Below, one piece after another: positions 42,826 through 55,973 of a stretch of DNA of 64,000 bases. Origin of the DNA: Octopus sinensis (taxonomy: Eukaryota); assembly GCF_006345805.1 (NCBI RefSeq), contig NC_043026.1:12069579-12133578 (forward strand). The letters are read 5' to 3'. The position numbers and the translations under genes are program-made. The notes under the pieces were generated by a model. It was given only the letters and a program-made list of their open reading frames with translations, had not been told where the DNA came from and ran no database searches. The first letter of the stretch is position 1; every line of letters starts with the position of its first letter.

Positions 42826-42992
42826 ATGTAAACGGAGGAAGACAGTCACTAATAGGAACATGTCGGACTATGCAATCGACCGATGTATCAACTAATGGTA
42901 TACTGTTCTAGATGTACACCTGTCGTTAACATCACGTCACAGACCCATCACTAGGAAACGTTGACGCTTCCTTCTGATTGGACTTTGACGTT

Positions 42993-43167
42993 ACATCTAG
43001 AACAGTCGGTGCTCATCTAGAACAGTCGGTGCTCATCTAGAACAGTCGGTGCTCATCTAGAACAGTCGGTGTACATCTAGAACAGTCGGTGCACATCTAG
43101 AACAGTCGGTGCTCATCTAGAACAGTCGGTGCTCATCTAGAACAGTCGGTGTACATCTAGAACAGTC
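42993..43167. repeat. 20-bp minisatellite CATCTAGAACAGTCGGTGCT, 8 full copies plus a partial
   Basis: Exact 20-bp period; one inverted copy at ~42903-42920. Confidence 0.95.
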
Positions 43168-43992
43168 TACTATTAGTCATCCTTAGGTTTGCACACGTTT
43201 TATACCTACATAACCATTAAACAGCATTTGTCAACCACACTTCTATAATTTGTTAATAATCTTTAGGAAAGATTACTAGAAAGGTAAGCGCATCCTTAAC
43301 CATATTTCAAAACAATGAGAAGTTAATTTTATTTTTTTTAAACGTTTGTATCAACTCTAAAAAACTTTTCTTTTTCATTGTTTTTATTTACTTAGTTCGA
43401 AAAATATTATTTAATTTGTGTAAAAAAATTTATATACATTATATAAATGTTAGATAACTTAGATGTGTTTCGACCAAAGGTGCTATTAATTTAGACATGG
43501 CCTTGACCAATCTTTGGTCGAAACATATCTAAGTTATCTAACATTTAAAAAAAAAACTTAGTTTGTTTATAAAAAGTAATTTATTATTTAATATTATTTC
43601 GTTTTTGGATTCGGTTTGCAAGGTTCTTTATGTGAATTCGTGTGTTGAAGCATGTTCTGTTGTATCAAAAATTTAATCCACGTTTTTTTAAATGTTTGTA
43701 TCAACTCTAAAAAGCTTTTCTTTTTCATTGTTTTTATTTACTTACTTCGAAAAATATTATTTAATTTGTGTACAAAAAATTATATACATTTAAAAAAGAA
43801 AAAAACTTAGTTTGTTTATAAAAAGTAATTTATTATTTAATATTATTTCGTTTTTGGATTTGGTTTGCAAGGTTCTTTATGTGAATTCGTGTGTTGAAGC
43901 ATGTTCTGTTGTATCTGGGGAGAGTAATTTTCTTTTTGTGTCTTACGATATAACACGCACACGCACACACACACACACCTGTAGCACGAAGT

Positions 43993-44042
43993 TTTGTCAA
44001 TGAAGAGGTCGCGGTCTTAAACGACGAAAATATTTTGACAAA
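43993..44042 (+). ncRNA. Hammerhead motif, same family, decayed core (AUGAAGA)
   Basis: Stems I and III as in other copies; part of the 41090-41790 / 43180-44125 duplication. Confidence 0.45.
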
Positions 44043-44305
44043 TTAAACTTAAATGTTGAAGTGAATCGAACGGCTTTTGTGTGTTTCTTAAATGGCTTAT
44101 AAACACCTTCCACGCTGCAATTGTCTATATATATATAAACTGATCTATTCTGAAAAAACTTTTCCTCTCCCGAAATGCAATTCGTAAAAGTTTACGATTT
44201 ATCCAGATGTAATATATATAAACTCACCCATGTGCTTCGTTGATGTTGATCAGTTAGCTGATCGGCTTAAGCGAGGCAGGGTCGTTGTTTATTTATAATA
44301 CATTC

Positions 44306-44353
44306 AGGCCTGCTGATGATTACGTAAGTATGAAATCACTGTGATACAGGTCT
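44306..44353 (+). ncRNA. Type-I hammerhead motif, canonical CUGAUGA core
   Basis: AGGCCUG-CUGAUGA-uUAC guaa GUAu-GAAA-UCAC u GUGA-UA-CAGGUCU; 7-bp stem I; U-U at the base of stem II. Confidence 0.7.
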
Positions 44354-44616
44354 ATATTTTTAAATGTCTTACTTTGAAAAATTGCATTCGGTGGGATTAG
44401 TAATATTTTTGGTAGAAATGACTGATTGTCCCTCTTAGCGTTTGGCATGTATATACAATGCCTCCTGGCATGTATGTATAATGCCCTCTATATATAAATT
44501 AATATGTTCAATAAGAAATAATTATTTTCGAAATTTTTTCTCTTATGAGGTTTTTACGCTATCTACCTGACAATTTCTTGTTAAGTTTTTCCTTATTAAG
44601 TAGTTGTCCTTAATTG

Positions 44617-44659
<43 letters not shown>

Positions 44660-44675
44660 TTATTCAGCATGGATT

Positions 44676-44726
44676 TTTGTCAGTGAACAGTTCGTGGTCT
44701 CAAAGTGACGAAAATATTTTGACAAA
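44676..44726 (+). ncRNA. Type-I hammerhead motif, G3-C8 core
   Basis: UUUGUCA-GUGAACA-...GUGAC-GAAA-AUAU-UU-UGACAAA; stem II partly mutated. Confidence 0.55.
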
Positions 44727-45011
44727 TTAAACTTAAATGTTGAAGTGAATCGAACGGCTTTTGTGTGTTTCTTAAATGGCTTACAAACACCTTCCACGCT
44801 GCAATTGTTTTCGTTTCAGCACACGATCTAAGATCAAATCACTTGCTAGGCAAGTACATCTCTGTATTCTTTAAAAGTTGATAAATATTGATGATGCATT
44901 TGGTGATCCTTTGATGCCAATGTCTTCAGATAATCTGAAATAGAAACAAAAGTATAAGATATGGAAGATACTATTTTACTAGATTATTTTTATACAGATA
45001 AACTATATAGA

Positions 45012-45159
45012 CAATTGCAGCGTGGAAGGTGTTTGTAAGCCATTTAAGAAACACACAAAAGCCGTTCGATTCACTTCAACATTTAAGTTTAATTTGTCAA
45101 AATATTTTCGTCACTTTAAGACCGCGACCTGTTCACTGACAAAAATCCATGCTGAATAA

Positions 45160-45200
<41 letters not shown>

Positions 45201-45515
45201 GCAGTGTGGAAAGTGTTTATAAGCCATTTAAGAAACACACAAAAGCCGTTCGATTCACTTCAAAATTTAAGTTTAATTTGTCAAAATATTTTCATCGCTT
45301 TAAGACCGCGACCTGTTCACTGACAAAAATCCATGCTGAATAAGGTTTATATATATATATATATATATAATTGCAGTGTGGAAAGTGTTTATAAGCCATT
45401 TAAGAAACACACAAAAGCCGTTCGATTCACTTCAACATTTAAGTTTAATTTGTCAAAATATTTTCGTCACTTTAAGACCGCGACCTGTTCACTGACAAAA
45501 ATCCATGCTGAATAA

Positions 45516-45554
<39 letters not shown>

Positions 45555-45683
45555 GCAGTGTGGAAGGTGTTTATAAGCCATTTAAGAAACACACAAAAGC
45601 CGTTCGATTCACTTCAAAATTTAAGTTTAATTTGTCAAAATATTTTCATCGCTTTAAGACCGCGACCTGTTCACTGACAAAAT
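45012..45683 (-). mobile_element. Tandem array of four hammerhead-carrying units (retrozyme / Penelope pLTR-like) separated by (TA)n
   Basis: G3-C8 hammerheads at 45093-45143, 45277-45327, 45449-45499 and 45631-45681 (periods 184/172/182, differing mainly by TA number); flips to an inverted copy at 45681. Confidence 0.8.
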
Positions 45684-45954
45684 GTTGAAGTGAATCGAAC
45701 GGCTTTTGTGTGTTTCTTAAATGGCTTATAAACACCTTCCACGCTGCAATTGTTTTCTTATTTTTATTTTCCTAAAGTTTTCGTTGCGTCTTGCAACCTT
45801 TTCAATAGTTTTGACAAAAAGGAAATGGCTCTCCCCGAGGCACAAGGGAATATTTAAGATTATTTGTGTATCGTGCATGCACGAATCTAGTCATTTGCAT
45901 ACGCCTTAGTTGTAGGATCATTTCAATGAAATTTTATAGAAATACAATTGCAAG

Positions 45955-46268
45955 GGCTTATTCTTTGTAAGCCCAGTACTTATTCTATCGGTCTCTTTTG
46001 CCGAACCGCTAAGTGACGGGGACGTCAACACACCAGCATCGGTTGTCAAGCAATGCTAGGGGGACAAACACAGACACACAAACATACACATATATACATA
46101 TATACGGCGGGCTTCTTTCAGTTTCCGTCTACCAAATCCACTCACAAGGCTTTGGTCGGCCCGAAGCTATAGTAGAAGACACTTGCCCAAGGTGCCACGC
46201 AGTGGGACTGAACCCGGAACCATGTGGCTGGTAAACAAGCTACTTACCACACAGCCACTCCTGCGCCT
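45955..46268 (-). mobile_element. SINE family A
   Basis: Family A body and head; further copies at ~47972-48395(-), 48805-49226(-), 52116-52518(-), 52764-53190(+), 56299-56825(+), 58572-58976(-), 62332-62940(-) and 63499-63905(+). Confidence 0.85.
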
Positions 46269-46400
46269 GTTTGAGGGATCCCTATACTTCCAGGTCTTCC
46301 TCTTTCAGATTGGTTTGTTGTTTCTGAAACTTTTTAGCTCTAAGTCTTAAATTGAAATATTTCTAGTTTCTCATCTTTTTTAAAAAATATTTTTCAGATC

Positions 46401-46437
46401 ATGATGTCTGTACTCCTGTGCTTCACTTGCTTGATTT
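46401..46437 (+). CDS. Ig-like transmembrane gene, coding exon 1 (signal peptide MMSVLLCFTCLI)
   Basis: TTTTCAG acceptor 3 nt before the ATG; GTAAGT donor; phase 1. Confidence 0.7.
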
Positions 46438-47290
46438 GTAAGTTATCATTATTTTTTAATAATTAATATTTCTTTCTCGTTACCATTTGATATTCTTTGA
46501 AAATAATGTTTTCAAGTGTCAAATACATTGTCTATCCATCAATATCTTTAAATGTGGAGGCACATGGCCTAGTGGTTAGAGCAGCAGACTCACAGTCAAG
46601 GGATCGTTGGTTTGTGTCTCAGACCGGACGATGTGTGTGTTTATGAGCGAAAACACCTAAGCTCCACGCCGCTCCGGCAGAAGGTAATGGCGAACTTCTG
46701 CTGACTCTTTCGCCACAACTTTCTCTCACTCTTTGCTCCTGCATCTTGCAGCTCACCTGCGAGGGATCGCAGGTTCAAATCTCAGATCGGGCGATGTGTG
46801 TGTTTATGAGCGAAAACACCTAAGCTCCACGCCGCTCCGGCAGAAGTCCCTGGTGTGTGTGTGTTTTTTTTTGGGGGGGGGGTGCATTTATTTGGACATA
46901 ATGTGTTGTGTCACCATCATACGAACCTTGTCATTTGTTACCTATTCATAAGGTATTATTTTACTTGGAAACAGGGATTGTTGACAGCAAGAAGTGGGAA
47001 CTCCCTCATAAAATTTCATGTGAACGCGAAAAAGTGAGTGTTAAAATGATAATGCTTTCATTTTAACTGCCCCTGCATGCAATGTGTAATTCTAGCAACG
47101 TATGTGTTATATTGCTCTACTTTCATTCTTGGTTCTGTCGAAGAATCGAATTAAGTTTTGTGACTCAGCTTTATTTTGTGTGTTCACCTCGTGTCCTTTT
47201 AAAGTGAACTTTTGACCGGCTTCTAATTTGCATACTGGTTTGTTTTGTAAGTGATACTTTTTGCATGTGGATTTTAGAGTTCTGCTTTAA

Positions 47291-47763
47291 CCCTTTCGAT
47301 ACCAACCCGGCTGAAACCGGCCCTGGCTCTGGATACAAATGTTTTGTTTTCATAAGTTTTGAATTAAAATCTTCCACCAAACCTTAGTCACAATTTATGT
47401 TCCTAACACTAGCTGATTGATAACTAAGTTATTTTACTAAATTCTTTGGTATATTTAAAATTAATTGAAAGAAACACAGAGCATCTCAACAGAAATATGG
47501 TAACAAAAGGGTTAAAATATATAATAGAGAAACAATTCTTAACCCTTTTGATACCAACCTGGTTGAAACCACCTCTGGCTCTGTAGTACAAATGTCTTGT
47601 TTTCATAAGTTTTGAATTAAAATCTTCCACCAATCCTTAGTCACAATTTATGTTCCTAACACTAGCTGAATGATAACTAAGTTATTTTACTAAATTCTTT
47701 GTTATATTTAAAGTAATTGAAAGAAACACAGAGCATCACAAAATAAATACAGTAACGAAAGGG
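47291..47763. mobile_element. Two tandem piggyBac-type MITEs (47291-47511, 47543-47763)
   Basis: TTAA-CCCTTT...AAAGGG-TTAA termini; the two copies are highly similar. Confidence 0.75.
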
Positions 47764-48182
47764 TAGCTTTCAGTGTGCATTTTTTAGTTTATATTGCATT
47801 GTATTGTCTCTATTATTGCTTGGCATTCAAGTAATGTAATCCAAGTTAATAATTCTGTATTAAAACATAACAATGCGTTAATTATTTAACCCTTCAATAT
47901 TCAGATTGTTCTATCAAATGTAATGCATATTTAATCACACTCTTTTGAGCTTTGAGCTTTAGATGAGGTGATTACTCTTTACTCTTTTACTTGTTTCAGT
48001 CATTTGACTGCGGCCATGCTGGAGCACCGCCTTTGGTCGAGCAACTCGACCCCGGGACTTATTCTTTGTGAGCCCAGTACTTATTCTATCAGTCTGTTTT
48101 GCCGAACCGCTAAGTGACGGGGACGTCAACACACCAGCATCGGTTGTCATGCGATGCTAGGGGGACAAACACAGACACACAA

Positions 48183-48229
<47 letters not shown>

Positions 48230-48699
48230 TATATACGACGGGCTTCTTTCAGTTTCCGTCGACCAAATCCACTCACATGGCTTTGGTCAGCCCGAGGCTA
48301 TAGTAAAAGACACTTGCCCAAGGTGCCACGCAGTGGGACTGAACCCGGAACCATGTGGTTGGTAAGCAAGCTACTTACCACACAGCCACACCTGCTTATT
48401 TTTTAGAATTACATTGTAAGATAAGTGTGAGAGGCTGGATCTGGCTGGCTGAAGCATAAAACAAGTTGAACATTTTGGGCCACATATGGCTGGTTTACAT
48501 GCTGGTTTACATTTCTTGTGGCACTAGCACCAATGGGCCCACAAGATTTGGCACCAACAGCTACAAGCCCAAACAAAATTTCAGACCTTGTGTCTATAGT
48601 AGAAAGAATTGTTTAATTATTGTTACAAATATAGCAACCGATTTAGATTATCAAATGTAAAATCTGAAAAATTAAAAATTATGCTACCATTTTTTGCAG

Positions 48700-48741
48700 G
48701 TCTGACGAAAGGATATACTTACTATAAAGCTTTTCAGCAAG
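48700..48741 (+). CDS. Ig-like transmembrane gene, exon 2 (CLTKGYTYYKAFQQ)
   Basis: TTTTTTGCAG acceptor, GTAAAT donor, 42 nt, phase 1-1; completes the signal peptide. Confidence 0.65.
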
Positions 48742-51216
48742 GTAAATGGCTTAAGAAATATTTTTCTCATTTTTAACTACACAATTCTGCCTTCTCTCTT
48801 TTTCTCTTTTCTCTTTTACTTGTTTCAGTCATTTGACTGCGGCCATGCTGGAGCACCGCCTTTAGTCGAGCAAATCGACCCCAGGACTTATTCTTTGTAA
48901 GCCCAGTACTTATTCTATCAGTCTCTTTTGCCGAACCGCTAAGTGACGGGGGACGTAAACACAGCAGCATTGGTTGTCAAGCAATGCTAGGGGGACAAAC
49001 ACAGACACACAAACACACACACATACATATACATATATATATATATATATATACATATATATACGACAGGCTTCTTTCAGTTTCTGTCTACCAAATCCAC
49101 TCACAAGGCATTGGTCGGCCCGGGGCTATAGCAGAAGACACTTGCCCAAGATGCCACGCAGTGGGACTGAACCCGGAACCATGTGGTTGGTAAGCAAGCT
49201 ACTTACCACACAGCCACTCCTGCGCCTTCTATTTCTTTCCCTTATAATCTTTTACTTTATGTTCCTAATACTAGCTGAATGATAACTAAGTTATTTGTAT
49301 TTTTTTTTCCTGTCTTCATTGGGACAGTTCCATTTTAGGAGCCCAATGTCATCATCATCATCATTTAACGTCCGTTTTCCGCGCTAGCACGGGCTGGTTG
49401 GTTCGACCAGGGTCTGGGAAGCCAGGAGCTGCACCAGGCTCCTGTCTGATCTGGCAGTGTTTCTACAGCTGGATGCCCTTCCTAACGCCAACCACTCCGC
49501 GAGTGAAGTGGGTGCCTTTTACGTGACACCGGCACAGGTGCCAGGGGAGTCTGGCAGTGGCCACGGTTGGTTGGTGCTTTTAATGTGCCACCGGCCACGT
49601 TCGGATGGTGCTTTTTACGTGCCACATCAATTAATGGTCATCTTCCCTGCTGATATGGGTTGGAAGATTTCAACACAATTAAAAGTGGATGCAAGGCGCA
49701 AGCATGGCCGTGTTGCTAAGAAGTTTGCTTTGCAACCATATGGTTCCAGGTTCAGTCCTACTGCTTGGAACCTTCAGTAAATGTCTTTCCCTACAATACT
49801 GGGTCGACCAATGCTTTGTGAGTAGATTTGGCTTGAGAGAAACTGGAAGAAGCCCATTGTGTGTCTATGTGAGTGAGTTTGTATTTCCCTAGCATTTTCT
49901 AGTTTGTAAACAATGGTTTCCCAGCAATATAAAAAAAAAAAAATCAAAATCGAAATCAATCAACATCAATGGAATTTGTAGTTGTGGCACATAAGAGAAC
50001 CATCCGAATGTGGCCGTAGCCAGCACCGCATCGACTGGCCTCCGTGCTGGTGGCACGTGACAAACGCCATCCGATCGTGGCCGTTGCCAGCCCTGCCTGG
50101 CCTCCGTGCCAGTGGCACGTAAAAAGCACCATCCGAGCGTGGCCGTTCGCCTGCCTCGTCTAGCACCTGTGTCGGTGGCACATGAAAAGCACCCACTACA
50201 CTCACGGAGTGGTTGGCGTTAGGAAGGGCATCCAGTTGTAGAAACACTGCCAGATCTGACTGGCCTGGTGCAACCTTCAGTTGAACCATCCAACCCATGC
50301 TAGCATGGAAAGCGGACGTTAAACGATGATGATGATGATGATGATCAGTTGCTTGCAATCCACCACAAAAACATGCCTGGGCTTCTCAACATACTGCACA
50401 ATTTTTGCAAACTAAAAGGCTCATTGAAATGGTGATATTCGTTTCCAGTTTTCAGCATGAAACCCGTCCAGGCTGTTTTATATTTGATAGGCGTGGGCAT
50501 GGCTGTGTGGTTAGGGAGCTTGCTTCCTAGCTACATGGTTTCAGGTTCAGTCCCACTGCGTGGGACTTTGGGTAGGTGTCTTCCACTATAACCCCATGCC
50601 GACTGAAGCTTTGTGATTGAATTCGGTAGGCGGAAGTTACTGCCGTGTGTGTATGTGTGCGTATAGCTGCTCAGTGCCTCTCCGAAAGAGAGAGAGAGGG
50701 AATAGCTGCACTCTTGTTACACAAGAAAAGCCATTGCCAAGAAGACATACTGAAATGAAGTGTTTTGCTCAAGAATACAACGCGTCACCCGGTCCAGGAA
50801 TCGAAACCACAATCTTACGATCATGATGCTGACACCCTAACCACTAAGCCACGTGCCTCCACAAACACACACACACACACACACATATAATATAATATAA
50901 TAATATAGGCGCGGGCACGGCTGTGTGGTTAGGGAGCTTGCTTCCTAGCTACATGGTTTCAGGTTCAGTCCCACTGCGTGGGACTTTGGGTAGGTGTCTT
51001 CCACTATAACCCCATGCCGACTGAAGCTTTGTGATTGAATTCGGTAGGCGGAAGTTACTGCCGTGTGTGTATGTGTGCGTATAGCTGCTCAGTGCCTCTC
51101 CAGAAGAGAGAGAGAGGGAGACTGGAATATTATTACCTTGCTTGGAAACAGGGGCGGGCATCCACCTGTAGGATAATATAATGAACAAATCAGTAATGTC
51201 GATTTCTTTATTTTAG

Positions 51217-51465
51217 GTCCAGCTGTGTTGGGTGAAAGCATTACCCTGTACGCTATAATACCCAACATAACAAGACCTTTCGTATGGGAATGTGGTCGGC
51301 GTGAATACGAATGTGATAAAACCTGCCTGAACATGTCTGAGTTCAGAGTCACACATTCAGGCAACACCACCACATTTTGGATCAGAAATCTAACAGCGGA
51401 CTGTTTGTCTTGGAGATTTCTGGATGCCATTGATAACATTGCACCAATTGTTTTGAAGATAAAAG
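51217..51465 (+). CDS. Ig-like transmembrane gene, exon 3 (atypical Ig-like ectodomain)
   Basis: TTTTAG acceptor, GTAAGG donor, 249 nt, phase 1-1; LGESITL..FVW..FRVTHSGNTTTFWIRNLTAD pattern; 4 N-glycosylation sequons. Confidence 0.8.
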
Positions 51466-53804
51466 GTAAGGAACTGGAACTACTACTACTACTACCACCA
51501 CCACCACCACCACTACTACTCATGATGATTATTATTATTATTATTATTTCAAATTTTGGCACAAGGTCAGTACTTCCAAAGAAGGAGTTAGTTTTTATCT
51601 TGTAAGCCCAGTACGTATTCTATCTGTCTCTTTTGCCGAACCGCTAAGTAACAGGGACATAAACACACCAGCATCGGTTGTCAAGCAATGCTAGGGGGAC
51701 AAACACACACACGCATATATAGATATATATATATATATCACTACACTCACGAAGTGGTTGGCGTTAGGAAGGGCATCCAGCCGTAGAAACACTGCCAGAT
51801 TTGACTGGGCCTGATGAAGCCTTCTGGCTTCACAGACCCCAGTAGAACCGTCCAACCCATGCTAGCATGGAAAACGGACGCTAAACGATGATGATGATGA
51901 TATATACATATATACGTATATACATATATGTGGTTAGGGATCTTGCTTCCTAGCTACAATTATAGGGATCAACTGGTACTTATTTCATCCTCCTACATGG
52001 CCTTGCTTTTTGCTTTTTGAGCCAAAAAATTAACTCAACTTAACTTAACCCTGAAAGGATAAAAGGCAAAGATGACCTCAGCAAAATTTGAACTCAATGT
52101 GAAGCCAGAGGAAATACTCTTTACTCTTTTACTTGTTTCAGTCATTTGACTGCGGCCATGCTGGAGCACCGCCTTTAATCAAGCAACTCGACCCCGGGAC
52201 TTATTCTTTAGTAAGCCCAGTACTTATTCTATCGGTCTCTTTTTGCCGAACCGCTAGTTAACGGGGACATAAACACACCAGCATCAGTTGTCAAGCAATG
52301 CTAGGGGGACAAACACAGACACACAAACACGCATATATATATATATGTATATATATATATACGATGGGCTTCTTTCAGTTTCTGTCTACCAAATCCACTC
52401 ACAAGGCTTTGGTCGGCCGGAGGCTACAGTAGAAGACACCTGCTCAAGGTACCACGCAGTAGGACTGAATCCGGAACCATGTGGTTGGTAAACAAGCTAC
52501 TTACCACACAGCCACTCATGTATTTTCATATTGTGTTAGACTGCGGTCATGTTGGGGTATCACCTTGAAATTATTTAGTCAATAATATCATCTCCATTAG
52601 GTATTCTTCAAGCCTGTTACTTATTTTATTGGTCTTAGTCGCAGGTCATAAACGTTGGATTATCAAGAGCATCAAGAAAAGAAAATATAAAATATTAAGC
52701 CAGATAAATGAATAGGGTCCGTTTGGAAAGTACCCATTCCCATAAAATTTTTTAAAAAAATATTAGGAGTGGCTGTGTGGTAAGTTGCTTGTTTACCAAC
52801 CACATGGTTCCGGGTTCAGTCCCACTGCGTGGTACCTTGGGCAAGTGTCATCTACTATAGCCTCGGGCCGACCAAAGCCTTGTGAGTGGATTTGGTAGGC
52901 GGAAAATGAAAGAAGCCCGTCGTATATATGTGTATATATATACGACGGGCTTGTTGTGTATATATATATATGTGTTTGTGTGGCTATGTTTGTCCCCCTA
53001 GCATTGCTTGACAACCGATGCTGGTGTGTTTATGTCCCTGTTACCTAGCGGTTCGGCAAAAAGAGACCGATAGAATAAGTACTGGGCTTACAAAAAGAAT
53101 AAGTCCCGGGGTCGAGTTGCTCGATTAAAGGTGGTGCTCCAGCATGGCCGCAGTCAAATGACTGAAACAAGTAAAAGAGTAAAAAGAGTATAGTGGAAAA
53201 CTGATTTCCTACCATATCTTATAATAATGATAATAATAATAATAATAATGATGATAATAATGATAAAGTCATAAAAATTAAGAATTTCTATTAAAAAAAC
53301 TTAATTTCTGTATCACGTATATTCATGTCCCAGTTTGGCGTTAGGAAGGGCATTTGGCTTTAGAAAGGGCATCCAGCCATAGAAACATTGCCAGATCAGA
53401 CTGGGCCTGGTGCAGCCTTCTGGCTTCCAAGATCCCAGTTGAACCGTCCAACCCATGCTAGCATGGAAAGTGGACGCTAAATGATGACGATAATGATGAT
53501 GATGTTTGTCTAGCGTTAAGGCCTGAATTGCCTAACCTTCAGACGTGAATATAGATAATACAGAAATGAAGTTCTTTTTTATTTAAAACAAAACGTTTAT
53601 TGCTGATTTTTGCAGGTGATCATATAATGACATCGAGTACTGGGTGCTTTTATGCACAACTGGCACCGGTGCACTTATATGGCACTGGTATGGGTGCTTT
53701 TCTTGTGGCACCAGCACCAATGGGCCCCACATGATATGGCACCAACAGCTACAAGCCCGAACAAAATTTCAGACCTTGTGCCTATAGTAGAAAGAATTGT
53801 TTAA

Positions 53805-54169
53805 TCTTCTCTCTATATATAAACGGCAGTTTGTCTGTGTGTCTGTTAGGTTGTACCCTCACCCTGACCGCGGCTTTCAACCGATCCTGATGAAACTTGA
53901 CACACGCATAGCCCAATGTCATAATTCAAAACTAACGCAGCGAAAATTTTGAAAAGTTCCCCCAGTTCTGAAAAAGATCGATAAATTCGACATGGGGTCG
54001 ACAATCAGAAACACAAACCACAGATGGTCTAGGGGACGCAACTCGACCTTTTAACTCTCAAAAAAAAATTTACCATCATTTTTTTTTCCATTCTTTGGCT
54101 ATAACTCTCTAAAAATGCTTTATAGTTATTTCCCTTACAAACCCGAGCAACGCCGGGCGATACTGCTAG
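53805..54169 (+). mobile_element. Non-autonomous Helitron
   Basis: A|TC start, CCCGAGCAACGCCGGG hairpin, CTAG|T end; the paralogous empty site at ~48611-48620 reads GTTTAA|T. Confidence 0.75.
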
Positions 54170-55973
54170 TTTTAGGATATATCGACACTTAACCGGACTT
54201 GTTAAAATGTTAGAATCATCCTGTTGATAGCCTGACCTCCTTCTCTGTGGTCCCTTGTCTATTACTATTTCTTGTATAAAGCTTTTCACCAGGGCAAATG
54301 GATTAACAACCATTTTTCTCATTTTTAGCTACAAAATTCTGCCTTCTATTTCTTTCCCTTATAATCTTTAGTCACTATTTGTTTGTTTTTTTTCCTGTCT
54401 TCATTGGGACGGTTCCATTTTAGGAGCCCAATGTCATCATCATCATCATACGTCCGATTTCCGTGCTAGCACGGGTTGGATGGTTCGACCGGGGTCTGGG
54501 AAGCCAGGAGGCTGTACCAGGCTCCAGTCTGATCTGGCAGTGTTTCTACAGCTGGATGCCCTTCCTAACGCCAACCACTCCGAGAGTGAAGTGGGTGCTT
54601 TTTACGTGACACCGGCACAGGTGCCAGGGGAGTCTGGCAACGGCCACGATCTGTTGGTGCTTTTAATGTGCCAGTGACACGGAGGCCAGTTAGGGCAGCG
54701 CTGGCAACGGCCACGTTCGGATGGTGCTTTTAATGTGCCACCAGCACGGAGGCCAGTTAGGGCAGCACTGACACCGGCCACGTTCGGATGGTGCTTTTTA
54801 CGTGCCACATCATTTAATGGTCATCTTCCCTGCTGATATAGGTTGGAAGATTTCAATACAATTGGGGAGATTGGAAGACTGCATTAAGCTCCAATGTCTT
54901 CCATTGGCATGGTTCCTATAACTGGGTGCCCTTCCAAATGCTAACCATCTTACAGAATGTACTGGAGTCTTTTTTTCATGGCACCAGCACAAGCAAGATC
55001 ACCAAGAAACTCGACATGACAAAGAAAGATAAATTTCCCCCTTGACTGAGTGGGAGTGTATCAGAGAGGGAGGTGGCTTTATATCAGGTGTTGAGAGGCT
55101 AAAATATGGAAATGACAGGAGCAGTTGTCTTATTGTGGAGGAAGGAGTTGCATGGCCACACCACATTTATATTTGACTGAGTGGGCATAGCTGGAAAGAG
55201 ACACTGCTTAGTATGGCATTCATCATCACCACCATCATCATCATAATGTCCGTTGCCCTAGCTAGCAAGCATTCGACGGTTTGACCAGAGCTGGAAGGCT
55301 GCACCAGACTCCAGTCTGTTTTGCCATGGTTTCTATGGCTGATATCTCAATATATGTCATTTTTCATCCTTAATTGAGGCAAGTGAAAATCAAATCAAAA
55401 TCGAAATCGATCAACATCAATGGAAATTGCAGCTGTGATATCAGTGCCGGTGGTACGTAAGAGAACCATCCGAATGTGGCCATTGCTCGCGGTTCCTCTA
55501 CTGGCCTCATGCCAGTGGCACGTAAAAAGCACCATCCGATCGTGGCCGTTTGCCAGCCTCGTCTGGCCCCCCATGCCAGTGGCATGTAAAAAGCACCATC
55601 CGATCGTGGCCGTTGCTAGCCTCGCCTGGCCCCCCCCATGCCAGTGGCATGTAAAAAGCACCATCCGATCGTGGCCGTTTGCCAGCCTCGTCTGGCACGT
55701 AAAAGCACCCACTACACTCAAGGAGTGGTTGGCGTAAGGAAGGGCATCCAGCCGTAGAAACACTGCCAGATCAGACTGGGCCTGGTGCAGCCTCCTGGCT
55801 TCCCAGACCCCAGTTGAACCGTCCAACCAATGCCAGCATGGAAAGCGGACGCTAAACGATGATGATGATGATGAATTTCCATGACAATATTAAGAGTGGA
55901 TGTGAGGTACAAGCATTTAATATTTATTTTTGATCTTAGCAAACAATGATCTAACAATGAAATTTTTTTGTAG

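Noticed and set aside
48701-48735. CTGACGA motif as a hammerhead core
   Set aside because: No GAAA or stems follow; the sequence is better explained as coding exon 2.
51466-51605. Poly-Leu/Pro/Ile tail of the 126-aa ORF (and the poly-Gly/Ser antisense ORF)
   Set aside because: Read-through past the GTAAGG donor into intronic trinucleotide microsatellites.
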